Assembly (NCBI GenBank): GCA_910584045.1
Contig: CAJTYO010000008.1
Location: 1,838-65,837 of the forward strand
Length of the DNA stretch: 64,000 nt
Direction of reading: 5' to 3'
Source of the DNA: an uncultured Oscillospiraceae bacterium
GTDB taxonomy: Bacteria; Bacillota; Clostridia; Oscillospirales; Oscillospiraceae
Below are positions 18,481 through 27,189 of this stretch, in pieces (the stretch's first letter is position 1; every line of letters starts with the position of its first letter). The position numbers and the translations under genes are program-made. The notes under the pieces are model-generated. The model did not search any database. It was not told the DNA's origin and saw only the letters and a program-made list of their open reading frames with translations.

Positions 18481-19335
18481 ATGGTCTGCACGGAGGCGGC
18501 ATACGCGAAACTGAATCTGACATTGGACATCCTGGGCAAGCGTCCGGACGGCTACCACGAGCTGCGGATGGTGATGCAGTCCATCACCCTCTCGGACACC
18601 GTGACCGTCTCCCCTCTGCCTGGGACGGAGCTGCATGTGACGGCAGATCTGCCCTACCTTCCACGCGGAGACGGCAATATCGCCGCCAAGGCGGCCCGGC
18701 GGTTTTTCGAGGCCGCCGGCCTGCCTCCGACAGGTCTGTCCATCGACCTACAAAAGCGGATTCCCGTCTGCGCCGGCATGGCCGGGGGCAGCAGCGACGG
18801 GGCGGCGGTGCTGCGCCTGCTGCGGCGGCTGTATGCGCCAGAGATGACGGAGGAGCATCTGGAGGAAACCGGCGCACTGGTGGGCAGCGACGTGCCCTTC
18901 TGCGTCCGGGGCGGCACAGCCCTGGCCGAAGGTCGGGGCGAACGTCTGACGGACCTCCCCCCCCTCCCCCCCTGCTCCCTGGTGGTATGCAAGCCGCCCT
19001 GCTCTATCTCCACACCGGAGCTCTTCGCCCAGGTGCGGACAAAGAAACTCCGCTGTCACCCGGACACCGCCGGGATGACAGCGGCGCTGGCCCAGGGCGA
19101 CCTGGCTGGGGTGGCTAGGCGAGTCTACAACGTGTTTGAGGAGGCCCTGCCCCGGCGGTACGGGGAGGTCTTCTCTATTAAAAGCGAGCTGTTGAACCTG
19201 GGTGCCATGGCCGCCTCCATGACTGGCAGCGGCCCCTCGGTGTTCGGTATTTTTTCGGACAAGTCCTCCGCCGCCCAAGCAGCGGAGGCGCTGTCGGCGC
19301 AGTACGAGTGCGTGTACCTGTGCGAGCCTGTATGA
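18481..19335 (+). CDS. ispE: 4-diphosphocytidyl-2-C-methyl-D-erythritol kinase
   Basis: AYAKLNLTLDILGKRPDGYHEL, KRIPVCAGMAGGSSDGAAVL, MTGSGPSVFG (GHMP kinase motifs). Start moved to the ATG at 18481. Confidence 0.9.
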   Translation: MVCTEAAYAKLNLTLDILGKRPDGYHELRMVMQSITLSDTVTVSPLPGTELHVTADLPYLPRGDGNIAAKAARRFFEAAGLPPTGLSIDLQKRIPVCAGMAGGSSDGAAVLRLLRRLYAPEMTEEHLEETGALVGSDVPFCVRGGTALAEGRGERLTDLPPLPPCSLVVCKPPCSISTPELFAQVRTKKLRCHPDTAGMTAALAQGDLAGVARRVYNVFEEALPRRYGEVFSIKSELLNLGAMAASMTGSGPSVFGIFSDKSSAAQAAEALSAQYECVYLCEPV

Positions 19336-19351
19336 AAAGGAGGGACACTGT

Positions 19352-20404
19352 ATGCCAGTGAAACGGGGAAAGGTCGCCGACAGCGGCCTTGTAAAACTGA
19401 AGGAGTCCCTGGCCTCCGGCAGTCTGGAGACTGTCTATATCTTCCATGGCGAGGAGAGCTATCTGCGGGAGTTTTACCTGTCTGAGATGAAAAAGAATCT
19501 AGCAGGCAGCTTTGAGAGCTTCAATTACCACAAACTGGAGGGTAAGACGCTGACCGTCCAGCTCCTGACGGAGGCGGTGGAGGCCATGCCCATGATGTCC
19601 CAGCGGACCATGGTACAAGTAGCAGACTGGGACCTCTTCAAGCTGGGGGAAGACCAGCGAAAGGCATTGACTGCCCTGCTGGAGGATTTTCCCCCCTACT
19701 GCTGCCTGGTACTGGTCTACGACCAGCTGGCCTATAAGCCTAACAAGACCTATAAAAAACTCTGCGCCGCCTTGGACGCCCATGTGCGGACGGTGAAGTT
19801 TGAGGAGCAGAGTCAAAACGAAATCCTCAAGTGGGTCTCCCGCCGGTTCAAGGCCGCGGGCCACAGCATCGACGTCCCCACGGCGGAACACCTGTTGTTC
19901 ACCTGCGGAAGCCTGATGAACGGCCTGATCCCGGAGATCGGCAAAATCGCCGCCTACGCCAAAGGGGAGCGAATCACCAAGGCCGACATCGACGCGGTGG
20001 CTGCACCGGTGCTGGAGGCCCAGGTGTTTGAGATGACCAACGCCGTATCCAAGGGGAATTTCGACCGGGCCTCCGAGGTCCTGGGCGCTCTGCTGAAACT
20101 GCAGGAGGAGCCGTTCATGCTGCTGGCCCTCATCGGCAAGGAGCTGCGCAAGCTCCGCACCGCCCGCATCGCTCTGGACGCGGGGCGCGACAAATTTTGG
20201 CTGATGGAGCAGTGGAACATGCGCTCGGATTACCCCGCCCGATTGCTGCTGGACAACGCTCGACGGGTCAGCCGGGGCTGGTGCGCCCGGGCGGTAGAAC
20301 GCTGCTGCGATGTGGACGTGCGGATCAAGAGTGTGGGCGGCGTGGACGGGGCAAACGAGCTGAAGCTGCTGCTGATGGAGCTTGCTCAGGGGGCACGGGT
20401 ATGA
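19352..20404 (+). CDS. holA: DNA polymerase III delta subunit
   Basis: 350 aa with the N-terminal VYIFHGEESYL..FYL pattern typical of HolA. The call is weaker than for the enzymes. Confidence 0.8.
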   Translation: MPVKRGKVADSGLVKLKESLASGSLETVYIFHGEESYLREFYLSEMKKNLAGSFESFNYHKLEGKTLTVQLLTEAVEAMPMMSQRTMVQVADWDLFKLGEDQRKALTALLEDFPPYCCLVLVYDQLAYKPNKTYKKLCAALDAHVRTVKFEEQSQNEILKWVSRRFKAAGHSIDVPTAEHLLFTCGSLMNGLIPEIGKIAAYAKGERITKADIDAVAAPVLEAQVFEMTNAVSKGNFDRASEVLGALLKLQEEPFMLLALIGKELRKLRTARIALDAGRDKFWLMEQWNMRSDYPARLLLDNARRVSRGWCARAVERCCDVDVRIKSVGGVDGANELKLLLMELAQGARV

Positions 20405-20979
20405 GGCGCGTACGGGAGGTCATTGTGGTGGAAGGCCGCTACGATAAAAACGCCCTCAAGCAGACGGTAGAGGCCACGGTGGTGGAGACCAGAGGATTCG
20501 GTGTGTTCAACGACAGGGAGCGGCTGGCACTGCTGCGCCGCCTGGCGGGGCAGCGGGGACTCATCCTGCTCACCGACGGGGACGGAGCAGGGTTTGTCAT
20601 CCGAAACTTTCTGAAGGGGGCTATTCCCAAAAAACAGCTCAAGCACGCATACATCCCCGATATGTATGGCAAGGAGCGCCGGAAGGCCACCCCCGGCAGG
20701 GAGGGCAAGCTGGGCGTGGAGGGCATGTCCCCCGAGGTTTTGCTGGAGGCCTTGGAGAGGGCCGGAGCCACCTTCGAGGACGGCGAGGCCATCCAAAGCC
20801 GCCAGCCCATCACCAAGGCGGACTTCTACGAGCTGGGTCTCACTGGCGGACCGGACAGCGCCGCCCGGCGCTCAGCGCTGCTGCGGAAGCTGGACCTGCC
20901 GGAGCGCATGACCGCCAACGCATTGCTTGAGGCTGTCAATCTGTTGTATTCCAGAGAGGAGCTGCTAAAGTTGTGCTAG
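20401..20979 (+). CDS. rnmV: Ribonuclease M5 (Toprim)
   Basis: VIVVEGRYDKNAL, LILLTDGDGAGFVIRNFLK. The start overlaps the holA stop (ATGA). Confidence 0.85.
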   Translation: MRRVREVIVVEGRYDKNALKQTVEATVVETRGFGVFNDRERLALLRRLAGQRGLILLTDGDGAGFVIRNFLKGAIPKKQLKHAYIPDMYGKERRKATPGREGKLGVEGMSPEVLLEALERAGATFEDGEAIQSRQPITKADFYELGLTGGPDSAARRSALLRKLDLPERMTANALLEAVNLLYSREELLKLC

Positions 20980-21698
20980 ATATAGTGAGATTCGCTCCGC
21001 TGTTTGCGGACTGGGAAGAAACCATGGTCTGGTCCTGCTTACAGGGCGTCATGGGCCGGGCGGAGGCCAATGGAGACCTCAGCGCCGGGATGATCGTCAA
21101 CCGGGACTTCACCTTTCTGGCGGGCCGTCCAGACCCGGCCCTGCTGGTCCGGGCCCCGGGCCCCATTCTGGTCCCCCGCACGGCAGATTGGGAGCCGCTG
21201 ATTGAGGCCGTTTTCGGGCCCCGCGCTGTTCGAGAGCCCCGGTACTCCATCAAAAAGGAGCCAGACATCTTTGACCGCCGGCTACTGGAGGACCTCTCTG
21301 CCGTCCTGCCGTCAGGGTACGAGCTGCGCCTCATCGACGCGGCCATGGTCCCCATCCTGCGCGCAGAGGCTTGGTCCCGTGACCTCTGCTCCGCTTTCGA
21401 CAGTCCTGAGGAGTGCTGCCGGCGCGGCGTGGGCGTGGCCGCACTGTACGGGAGCATCCCCGTGGCGGGTGCCGGGTCTTACAGCGTCTATCACGGCGGC
21501 ATCGAAATTGAGATCGACACCCGCCCGGACCACCGGCGGAGAGGTCTGGCCACAGCCTGCGGCGCACGTTTGATTCTGACATGCCTGGACCGAGGACTGT
21601 ACCCCAGCTGGGACGCCATTGATTTGAGGAGCGTATCCCTGGCGAAGAAGCTGGGCTACCGCCTGAAGGGGGCATACACGACCTATTGGATCGGTTAA
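20973..21698 (+). CDS. GNAT-family N-acetyltransferase (two-domain type)
   Basis: C-terminal acetyl-CoA region IEIEIDTRPDHRRRGLATACGARLILTCLDRGLYPSWD. GTG start overlapping the rnmV stop. Confidence 0.7.
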   Translation: MLDIVRFAPLFADWEETMVWSCLQGVMGRAEANGDLSAGMIVNRDFTFLAGRPDPALLVRAPGPILVPRTADWEPLIEAVFGPRAVREPRYSIKKEPDIFDRRLLEDLSAVLPSGYELRLIDAAMVPILRAEAWSRDLCSAFDSPEECCRRGVGVAALYGSIPVAGAGSYSVYHGGIEIEIDTRPDHRRRGLATACGARLILTCLDRGLYPSWDAIDLRSVSLAKKLGYRLKGAYTTYWIG

Positions 21699-21755
21699 GG
21701 CCGATACTGGGGGCAATGATAATGTATATAGCACCAATCCATCTTTATCCTATAT

Positions 21756-21989
21756 TTGCGGTCCTTCTGCCGGCCGCATTTTACTTTATTAGGCAAAAAT
21801 ATAGGGCTAAGCCTCATATTAGCTGTAATACTCGATCTAATTATATATTGGAATGATTTCAGCTATTATGAAGCACGTCCGCTTATGATTATTTTTACAT
21901 TAGCGCAGATTGTCGTCATGGCATTTATAATCCTAATATTAAAAATTGCTGTCCCCAAAGTTAAAAATACTTTTAGGGAAAATGGATAG
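21756..21989 (+). CDS. Small hydrophobic protein in a low-GC islet, possibly frameshifted
   Basis: TM-like LSLILAVILDLIIYW and LMIIFTLAQIVVMAFIILILKI. An upstream ATG ORF (21716) in another frame also encodes a TM-like peptide. Confidence 0.3.
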   Translation: MRSFCRPHFTLLGKNIGLSLILAVILDLIIYWNDFSYYEARPLMIIFTLAQIVVMAFIILILKIAVPKVKNTFRENG

Positions 21990-22142
21990 ACGCATATCGA
22001 CTGAGATAAAAAAGAAAAATATCCCTTTTTCCTTTTATGCTGCTGGAAACCGTTTTCAAAGAAAATATTTTGTTGAATAGTCAAACAGTAACAGTAGTTA
22101 TCTGATCCGGGTAACTGCCTTCTGAATAAACAATTTGCTCTG

Positions 22143-22748
22143 TCAGAGCAAATACGCCTTAATATCCTCAACAAACTGGTTGCCGCATCGGGCAAGCTCG
22201 CCAAGTACACGGTTAATACCTTGTTCACTCTTGTACCAATTATCCTTTGTAATGTTGTAGCAATGAATCGGGCAGACCTTAATTTCAACGTCTGGAAAAG
22301 CCATTTGATATAGCATAAGACAACGCCGAGCATGAAACGCTTTACAGATAATCAAAGCGGCTTTGATCTTTATCTCTTTTTCGTCAATGATCTTTCGGGA
22401 GAAAAAAGCGTTGTCACGGGTATGTCCTGACTTATTTTCTCTGATGATAGCGTCAGCAGATACACCGTTTTTTATTAACACATCTGTAAAAAACTCACAG
22501 TCGGATTGATAATTTCTGTTGTATATGTCTGCCTTTGACTGAACGCCCGGCCATTTATCGCGCTTAACGCTGATACCACCTGACGGAATAAGCCATTTCG
22601 CATATCCCTTGCGGTATAACTCTGCCGCATATTCAGGCTGTTCGGGGTGTGATCCACCGGGCAAAAAGATTGCATCTACCTTTTCGGGCGCATCAGAAAC
22701 AAATATGTAGTTTGAAATATCTGTTATAATACGATTGTTCATTTTCAT
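22143..22748 (-). CDS. YdcF/ElyC (DUF218) family protein
   Basis: VDAIFLPGGSHPEQPEYAAELYRKGYAKWLIPSGG...TRDNA matches the DUF218 core. Low GC. Confidence 0.75.
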   Translation of the reverse strand: MKMNNRIITDISNYIFVSDAPEKVDAIFLPGGSHPEQPEYAAELYRKGYAKWLIPSGGISVKRDKWPGVQSKADIYNRNYQSDCEFFTDVLIKNGVSADAIIRENKSGHTRDNAFFSRKIIDEKEIKIKAALIICKAFHARRCLMLYQMAFPDVEIKVCPIHCYNITKDNWYKSEQGINRVLGELARCGNQFVEDIKAYLL

Positions 22749-22963
22749 ATATCTCCTTTATACCAATATACGAACGGAATTTTCCACGTCATCATACCAA
22801 ATCAGCACATTCTTTTCGTTTGAATACGTGCTACCTAAACAAACGGCGATTTATTTGTTCTGATTATATCATCAATAACTTTGCATTTCAATCTTAAACC
22901 AGCAAAATCGTCCCACACACACATTACAACACAAATAATAAACGGATCGTAAAACATACACTC

Positions 22964-22992
22964 TTGACAGTCCGAGATGAATATGGTATATA
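22964..22992 (+). promoter_or_regulatory. Promoter of the Mn riboswitch-mntP unit
   Basis: TTGACA (22964-22969), 17 nt spacer, TATATA (22987-22992) with an extended -10 TG at 22984-22985. Confidence 0.55.
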
Positions 22993-22999
22993 TAGGATA

Positions 23000-23090
23000 C
23001 TCATGAGGGAGTAGTGGCGGGATAACTCGCGGTAAGTCAACATACTGGTCTGTCAGGACCTGGCTTGCCTTAATGAACGAGACTCATGTA
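23000..23090 (+). promoter_or_regulatory. yybP-ykoY (Mn2+) riboswitch aptamer
   Basis: CAUGAGGGAGUAGUGGCGGGAUAAC ... GUCAACAUAC ... ACGAGACUCAUG. Conserved GGGAGUAG and GAGAC cores, with P1 CAUGAG/CUCAUG. Followed by a terminator and the Mn exporter gene mntP. Confidence 0.8.
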
Positions 23091-23110
23091 TGGCTGTACG
23101 CCGTGCATGG

Positions 23111-23151
23111 GAGGAAGGACCAGGCACGATACGCCTGGTCCTTCCTCTTTT
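23111..23151 (+). terminator. Riboswitch expression-platform terminator
   Basis: Perfect 15-bp stem gaggaaggaccaggc / gcctggtccttcctc with a 7-nt loop, then TTTT. Confidence 0.8.
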
Positions 23152-23194
23152 GCCTGGCGCGGCGGACATGAAACACAAAAGATAGGAGACAGAT

Positions 23195-23764
23195 ATGGGG
23201 ATTGCGGAGCTGTTTTTGATCGGGGTGGGGCTGAGCATGGACGCCTTTGCAGTAGCGGTCTGCAAGGGGCTTTCCATGCCCAAAATGCGCTGGCGGCAGG
23301 CGGGGGTAATCGCCCTGTCCTTCGGCCTTTTCCAGGCGCTGATGCCCCTTTTGGGCTGGACCCTGGGCCGCCGGTTCGAGATATACATCACAAGCGTGGA
23401 CCACTGGATCGCCTTTGTACTGCTGGGCCTTATCGGCGGCAAGATGATCTGGGACACATTTCACGAGGAAGAAGAGGAAGCCGCCCCTCAGGACAAGCTC
23501 AGCTTGCGGGAACTGCTGATGCTCTCCATCGCCACCAGCGTTGACGCCATGGCGGTGGGCATCACCTTTGCCTTTTTGCGGGTACAGATCGTACCAGCGG
23601 CAACCCTCATCGGCTGCACCACCTGCATCCTATCACTGGCCGGGGTGTGCGCCGGGCGGCGGTTTGGCAGCAAGTATAAAAGCCGGGCAACACTGGCAGG
23701 GGGTGTGATTCTTTGCCTGATCGGACTGAAAATTCTACTGGAGCATCTAGGAATCCTGGGATAG
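23195..23764 (+). CDS. mntP: Manganese efflux pump
   Basis: LIGVGLSMDAFAVAV and the second repeat SIATSVDAMAVGITF (DUF204 repeats). 189 aa. Downstream of the Mn riboswitch. Confidence 0.9.
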   Translation: MGIAELFLIGVGLSMDAFAVAVCKGLSMPKMRWRQAGVIALSFGLFQALMPLLGWTLGRRFEIYITSVDHWIAFVLLGLIGGKMIWDTFHEEEEEAAPQDKLSLRELLMLSIATSVDAMAVGITFAFLRVQIVPAATLIGCTTCILSLAGVCAGRRFGSKYKSRATLAGGVILCLIGLKILLEHLGILG

Positions 23765-23906
23765 AATCCCGGGGCAAACCGCAAAAAAGCAGTGGATTTT
23801 TTTGTCCGACTGTGCTATACTGTCTTCCGATAGCGCTCCGGCATCTATTGTTAGCAGGAAAATCTGTCAGCAAAACAGCGCCCCGAAAACGGGGCTGGGA
23901 GGTACT

Positions 23907-25118
23907 ATGCAGATGAAAATTCAAAGGCGTGTGCTGTCGCTGGTTATGGCTCTGGCGCTGCTGTTCGCGCTGGTTCCGCCGGGGGGCCGGGAGGGTCTGG
24001 CCTCCGTGGCACTGGCGGTAACCCAGGCGGAAATCGACGGTTTGAAGGACGACGCAAAGGAGTTGTCCAAGCAGACTTCTTCCCTAAAAAGTCAGCTGGC
24101 GGACCTGAAGAACCAGCGCAACAGCGCTCTGGAACGCAAACATCTGCTAGACCAGCAGATCACCTTGACAGTACAGTCTATAGAAAACACAGAAAAGCAA
24201 ATCTCCGGCTATGAGACCCTGCTTGCCCAGACATCTTACGAGCTGGAGGAAAACCGCCGGCAGGAGGAGCAGCAGTACGCCGTTTTCTGTGAACGCGCCC
24301 GGGTGATGGAGGAGGCGGGGACCACCTCCTATTGGGCTGTGCTGTTCAAGGCAGACAGCTTCTCCGATCTGCTCAGCCGCCTGTCCGACGTACAGGAGGT
24401 CATGAGCTACGACCAGAACTTGCTGGACAACCTGCGGCAGCTTCGCACCCAGATAGAAGCCAAGCAGGACGAACAGGAGGACCTGATGCTCCAATCCGAG
24501 GAGGCCAAGGCGGAGCTGGAAGCCCAGAAGGTAGATCTGGACCAGCAGCAGGCAGAGGCTGAGGAGCTGTACAATGAGATCCAGGCCAATGTGAGCGCGT
24601 ATGAGGAGCAGCTCGCAGAGCTCAACGACGAGAGGGAGCGCATCCAAGCGGAGATCGTAAAGAAGTCCGAGGAGATGGCCCGGCAGATGGCCATGACCGC
24701 CACCAAGGGCGGCTACATATGGCCGGAGACCGTCAGCCGCCGGATTACTTCTCCGCAGGGCGCCCGCAATACAGGCATTAAAGGCGCCTCTACCAACCAC
24801 AAAGGCGTAGACATTGGCGGCGTGGGGACCAGCACCAGCGTCTTGGCTACCAAGGCCGGAGTGGTCATCACCTCTGCCCTCCACAGGTCCTATGGCAACT
24901 ACGTGGTCATCAGCCACGGCCCAGGGAACACCACCCTGTACGCCCATATGTCCAGCCGCTCTGTGAAGGAAGGGGATACCGTGACCCAAGGCCAGGTGAT
25001 CGGCATCACCGGTTCCACCGGCGTCAGCAGCGGACCGCACCTCCACTATGAGATCACAGAGGGCGGCGTCCGGGTCAATCCCCTGGATTATCTGCCTGGG
25101 TGGATCAAGGCCTGGTAA
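23907..25118 (+). CDS. M23 family peptidoglycan metalloendopeptidase with an N-terminal coiled coil
   Basis: Signal/TM, long coiled coil, C-terminal HKGVDI ... YAHM ... GSTG.SSGPHLHYE. Start moved to the ATG at 23907, which follows GGGAGG. Confidence 0.9.
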   Translation: MQMKIQRRVLSLVMALALLFALVPPGGREGLASVALAVTQAEIDGLKDDAKELSKQTSSLKSQLADLKNQRNSALERKHLLDQQITLTVQSIENTEKQISGYETLLAQTSYELEENRRQEEQQYAVFCERARVMEEAGTTSYWAVLFKADSFSDLLSRLSDVQEVMSYDQNLLDNLRQLRTQIEAKQDEQEDLMLQSEEAKAELEAQKVDLDQQQAEAEELYNEIQANVSAYEEQLAELNDERERIQAEIVKKSEEMARQMAMTATKGGYIWPETVSRRITSPQGARNTGIKGASTNHKGVDIGGVGTSTSVLATKAGVVITSALHRSYGNYVVISHGPGNTTLYAHMSSRSVKEGDTVTQGQVIGITGSTGVSSGPHLHYEITEGGVRVNPLDYLPGWIKAW

Positions 25119-25125
25119 AATCGAT

Positions 25126-25161
25126 AAAAACAGCTGAGGGAGACTCCCTTAGCTGTTTTTT
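25126..25161. terminator. Bidirectional intrinsic terminator between convergent genes
   Basis: 13-bp stem aacagctgaggga / tcccttagctgtt (one G-U pair) with a 3-nt loop. A-run before and T6 after. Confidence 0.85.
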
Positions 25162-25323
25162 ACGATTTGAAATATTCCTGTTTTTTCTTGAAAAAGTATC
25201 AAAAAGAACTTTAATCTTGGAACTAAAGCCATTTCTATTCCTAGCTTTCCTGCTCGCTCCAGCCCTAAGCCGCCATAGGCGGGTTAGGGGTAACGGTACG
25301 GCTCTCCTAATTGGAAAAACGCA

Positions 25324-26307
25324 TCAGCCAATCACCCCGCCGGCGATCGCGTCCGCCAGCTCCTTGGCGTAGTAAGTGATCAGCATATCCGCCCCCGCCC
25401 GGAAAATCGACAGCGCCGTCTCGCACATGATCCGTTCCTCATCCACCAGTCCGGCGGCAGACGCCGCCTTAATCATAGCGTATTCACCGGACACCGAGTA
25501 GGCGCACAGAGGCCGGTCAAAGGTAACTGCGCACTCCCGGATCACGTCCAGATAGCTGAGGGCGGGCTTCACCATCAGAATATCCGCCCCTTCCCCATCG
25601 TCCAGGGCGCACTCCCGCAGGGCCTCCCTCCGATTGTGAGGATCCATCTGGTATCCCTTCCGGTCTCCAAAGGAAGGGGCCGATCCGGCGGCGGCGCGGA
25701 AGGGCCCGTAAAAGGCCGAGGCATATTTGGCCGAATAGGCCATGATGGCTGTATTCTGAAATCCATTTTCATCCAGCGCCCGCCGCAGCACTGCTACATG
25801 GCCGTCCATCATATCCGATGGGGCTACCATATCCGCTCCAGCGGCGGCGTGACTGACGGCGATCTCCGCCAAGCAGGCCAGGGTTTCGTCGTTGTCCACC
25901 TCATGACCATGCAAAATGCCGCAGTGCCCGTGGTCTGTATACTCGCACATACACACGTCGGTAATAACGGTGAAATCCGGGTATGCCCCCTTGATGGCCC
26001 TCACAGCCTGCTGGATAACGCCGCGATCCGCCCAGGCAGAGGAACCGCAGGCATCCTTCTCCGCCGGAAGGCCAAAGAGAATGCCGTGCTTTACTCCGTG
26101 CTCCAAACACGCCTCCACTGCACGGCACACACTGTTCAGCCCATAGTGATTCTGCCCCGGCAGGCTCTCAATGGGGCGCACACCGGAGAGGGTCTCATCC
26201 ACAAAAATGGGATAAATAAGCGCTTCCCGGCTCACCCTGGTCTCCCGGCAGAGTCGGCGGACAGCGTCTGTCCGCCGCAGGCGGCGGGGACGGTTGATAA
26301 GGTCCAT
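25324..26307 (-). CDS. hemB: Porphobilinogen synthase (delta-aminolevulinate dehydratase)
   Basis: RPRRLR, TDVCMCEYTDHGHCG, MVAPSDMMDG, SAKYASAFYGPFR, DPHN, GADILMVKP. Confidence 0.95.
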   Translation of the reverse strand: MDLINRPRRLRRTDAVRRLCRETRVSREALIYPIFVDETLSGVRPIESLPGQNHYGLNSVCRAVEACLEHGVKHGILFGLPAEKDACGSSAWADRGVIQQAVRAIKGAYPDFTVITDVCMCEYTDHGHCGILHGHEVDNDETLACLAEIAVSHAAAGADMVAPSDMMDGHVAVLRRALDENGFQNTAIMAYSAKYASAFYGPFRAAAGSAPSFGDRKGYQMDPHNRREALRECALDDGEGADILMVKPALSYLDVIRECAVTFDRPLCAYSVSGEYAMIKAASAAGLVDEERIMCETALSIFRAGADMLITYYAKELADAIAGGVIG

Positions 26308-26320
26308 TGAGCAATCCTCC

Positions 26321-26767
26321 TTAAACCACGAAATTTATATAACTACAGAGCAGATGGCAGATGGTGAATGCTGTAATTGGAAAGATAGAAATGAAGTTTT
26401 TCCGGTCCAGTGCATAGAAGAAAAAACACAGACATGGCGGGGCTGTCAGCAGCAGGATCACCGTCGGATAGACGATCCCTCGGTAATAGAGTACCCAGCC
26501 GAGATAGTACAGCAGTCCACAGACAGCGCAGCTTCCAAGCAGCGCCGTCATCCGCAGCGGTCCTCTCTCCCTGTTCACCACCCCGCAGAGCGCCGCAACA
26601 AGAAGAACCTGACACACCGAGGCGACCGCATCCAGGGTTTCCGTCCCAGACTGTCCCCTCAAAATATCCCGGGGAGCCGGGACGGCGAACCAGACTAAAT
26701 TGGGCAGCATGATCAGGACGAACAGCAACAGCCCCCAGGGGTCAAAGGCAAGCTTATATCTCCTCAT
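26321..26767 (-). CDS. Uncharacterized 4-TM membrane protein inside the tetrapyrrole operon
   Basis: 148 aa with four hydrophobic segments. The start overlaps the stop of the upstream gene. No family recognised. Confidence 0.5.
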   Translation of the reverse strand: MRRYKLAFDPWGLLLFVLIMLPNLVWFAVPAPRDILRGQSGTETLDAVASVCQVLLVAALCGVVNRERGPLRMTALLGSCAVCGLLYYLGWVLYYRGIVYPTVILLLTAPPCLCFFFYALDRKNFISIFPITAFTICHLLCSYINFVV

Positions 26768-27189
26768 TTACTTGCCCGAATGGCGATACCCCGCAGCACA
26801 TCCCGGTACAGCTCGTCCCGGTCCTCCAGGTCCACCATCAGCCAACGCTGCCCGTTGCCCTCCCTCGTACGGTCATATATATCCCGCAGCGCGGCACAGC
26901 ACTCCGGCATGATCGTCTCGACGGCCTCCTTCTCCTTCCGGCTCACTACCAGCAACACCGTGAAATACTGCTCCCGCGGATAAATAGTACACAGAGATTT
27001 GCCGGATTTTTTGAATTTGACATTCCAGCCTCTCTCCATGCTGCACGAGCTATATTCAATCTTCTCCGCACAGCGGTAGGCCCCCATAATCTCCCCGCAG
27101 AATTCCCGGAATACGGGGTTACGCACATACTCCCCCATCTCGTTCAGCGTGGGTTGATAGTCTCTGTTTTGCAGGTCGATCATATGCAC
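26764..27189 (-). CDS. DUF3788-like small cytoplasmic protein
   Basis: 141 aa. PTLNEMGEYVRNPVFREFCGEIMGAY...WNVKFKKSGKSLCTIYPREQYFTVLLVV resembles DUF3788 from memory. Overlaps the cobA/hemD stop by 10 nt. Confidence 0.55.
   Translation of the reverse strand: MHMIDLQNRDYQPTLNEMGEYVRNPVFREFCGEIMGAYRCAEKIEYSSCSMERGWNVKFKKSGKSLCTIYPREQYFTVLLVVSRKEKEAVETIMPECCAALRDIYDRTREGNGQRWLMVDLEDRDELYRDVLRGIAIRASK

Noticed and set aside
23765-23906. Possible c-di-AMP (ydaO-type) riboswitch upstream of the M23 peptidase
   Set aside because: About 100 nt of leader remain after an extended -10 (TGCTATACT). That is too short, and the pseudo-twofold ydaO features are absent. Only a small cccg-aaaa-cggg hairpin is present.
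25163-25323. AT-rich convergent intergenic region with the ORF at 25100..25372 and a ccctaagccgcc/ggcgggttaggg hairpin
   Set aside because: The ORF overlaps the terminator and the hemB 3' end and looks like low-complexity noise. The hairpin has a mismatch and no U-tract. No tRNA-like or known RNA features were seen.
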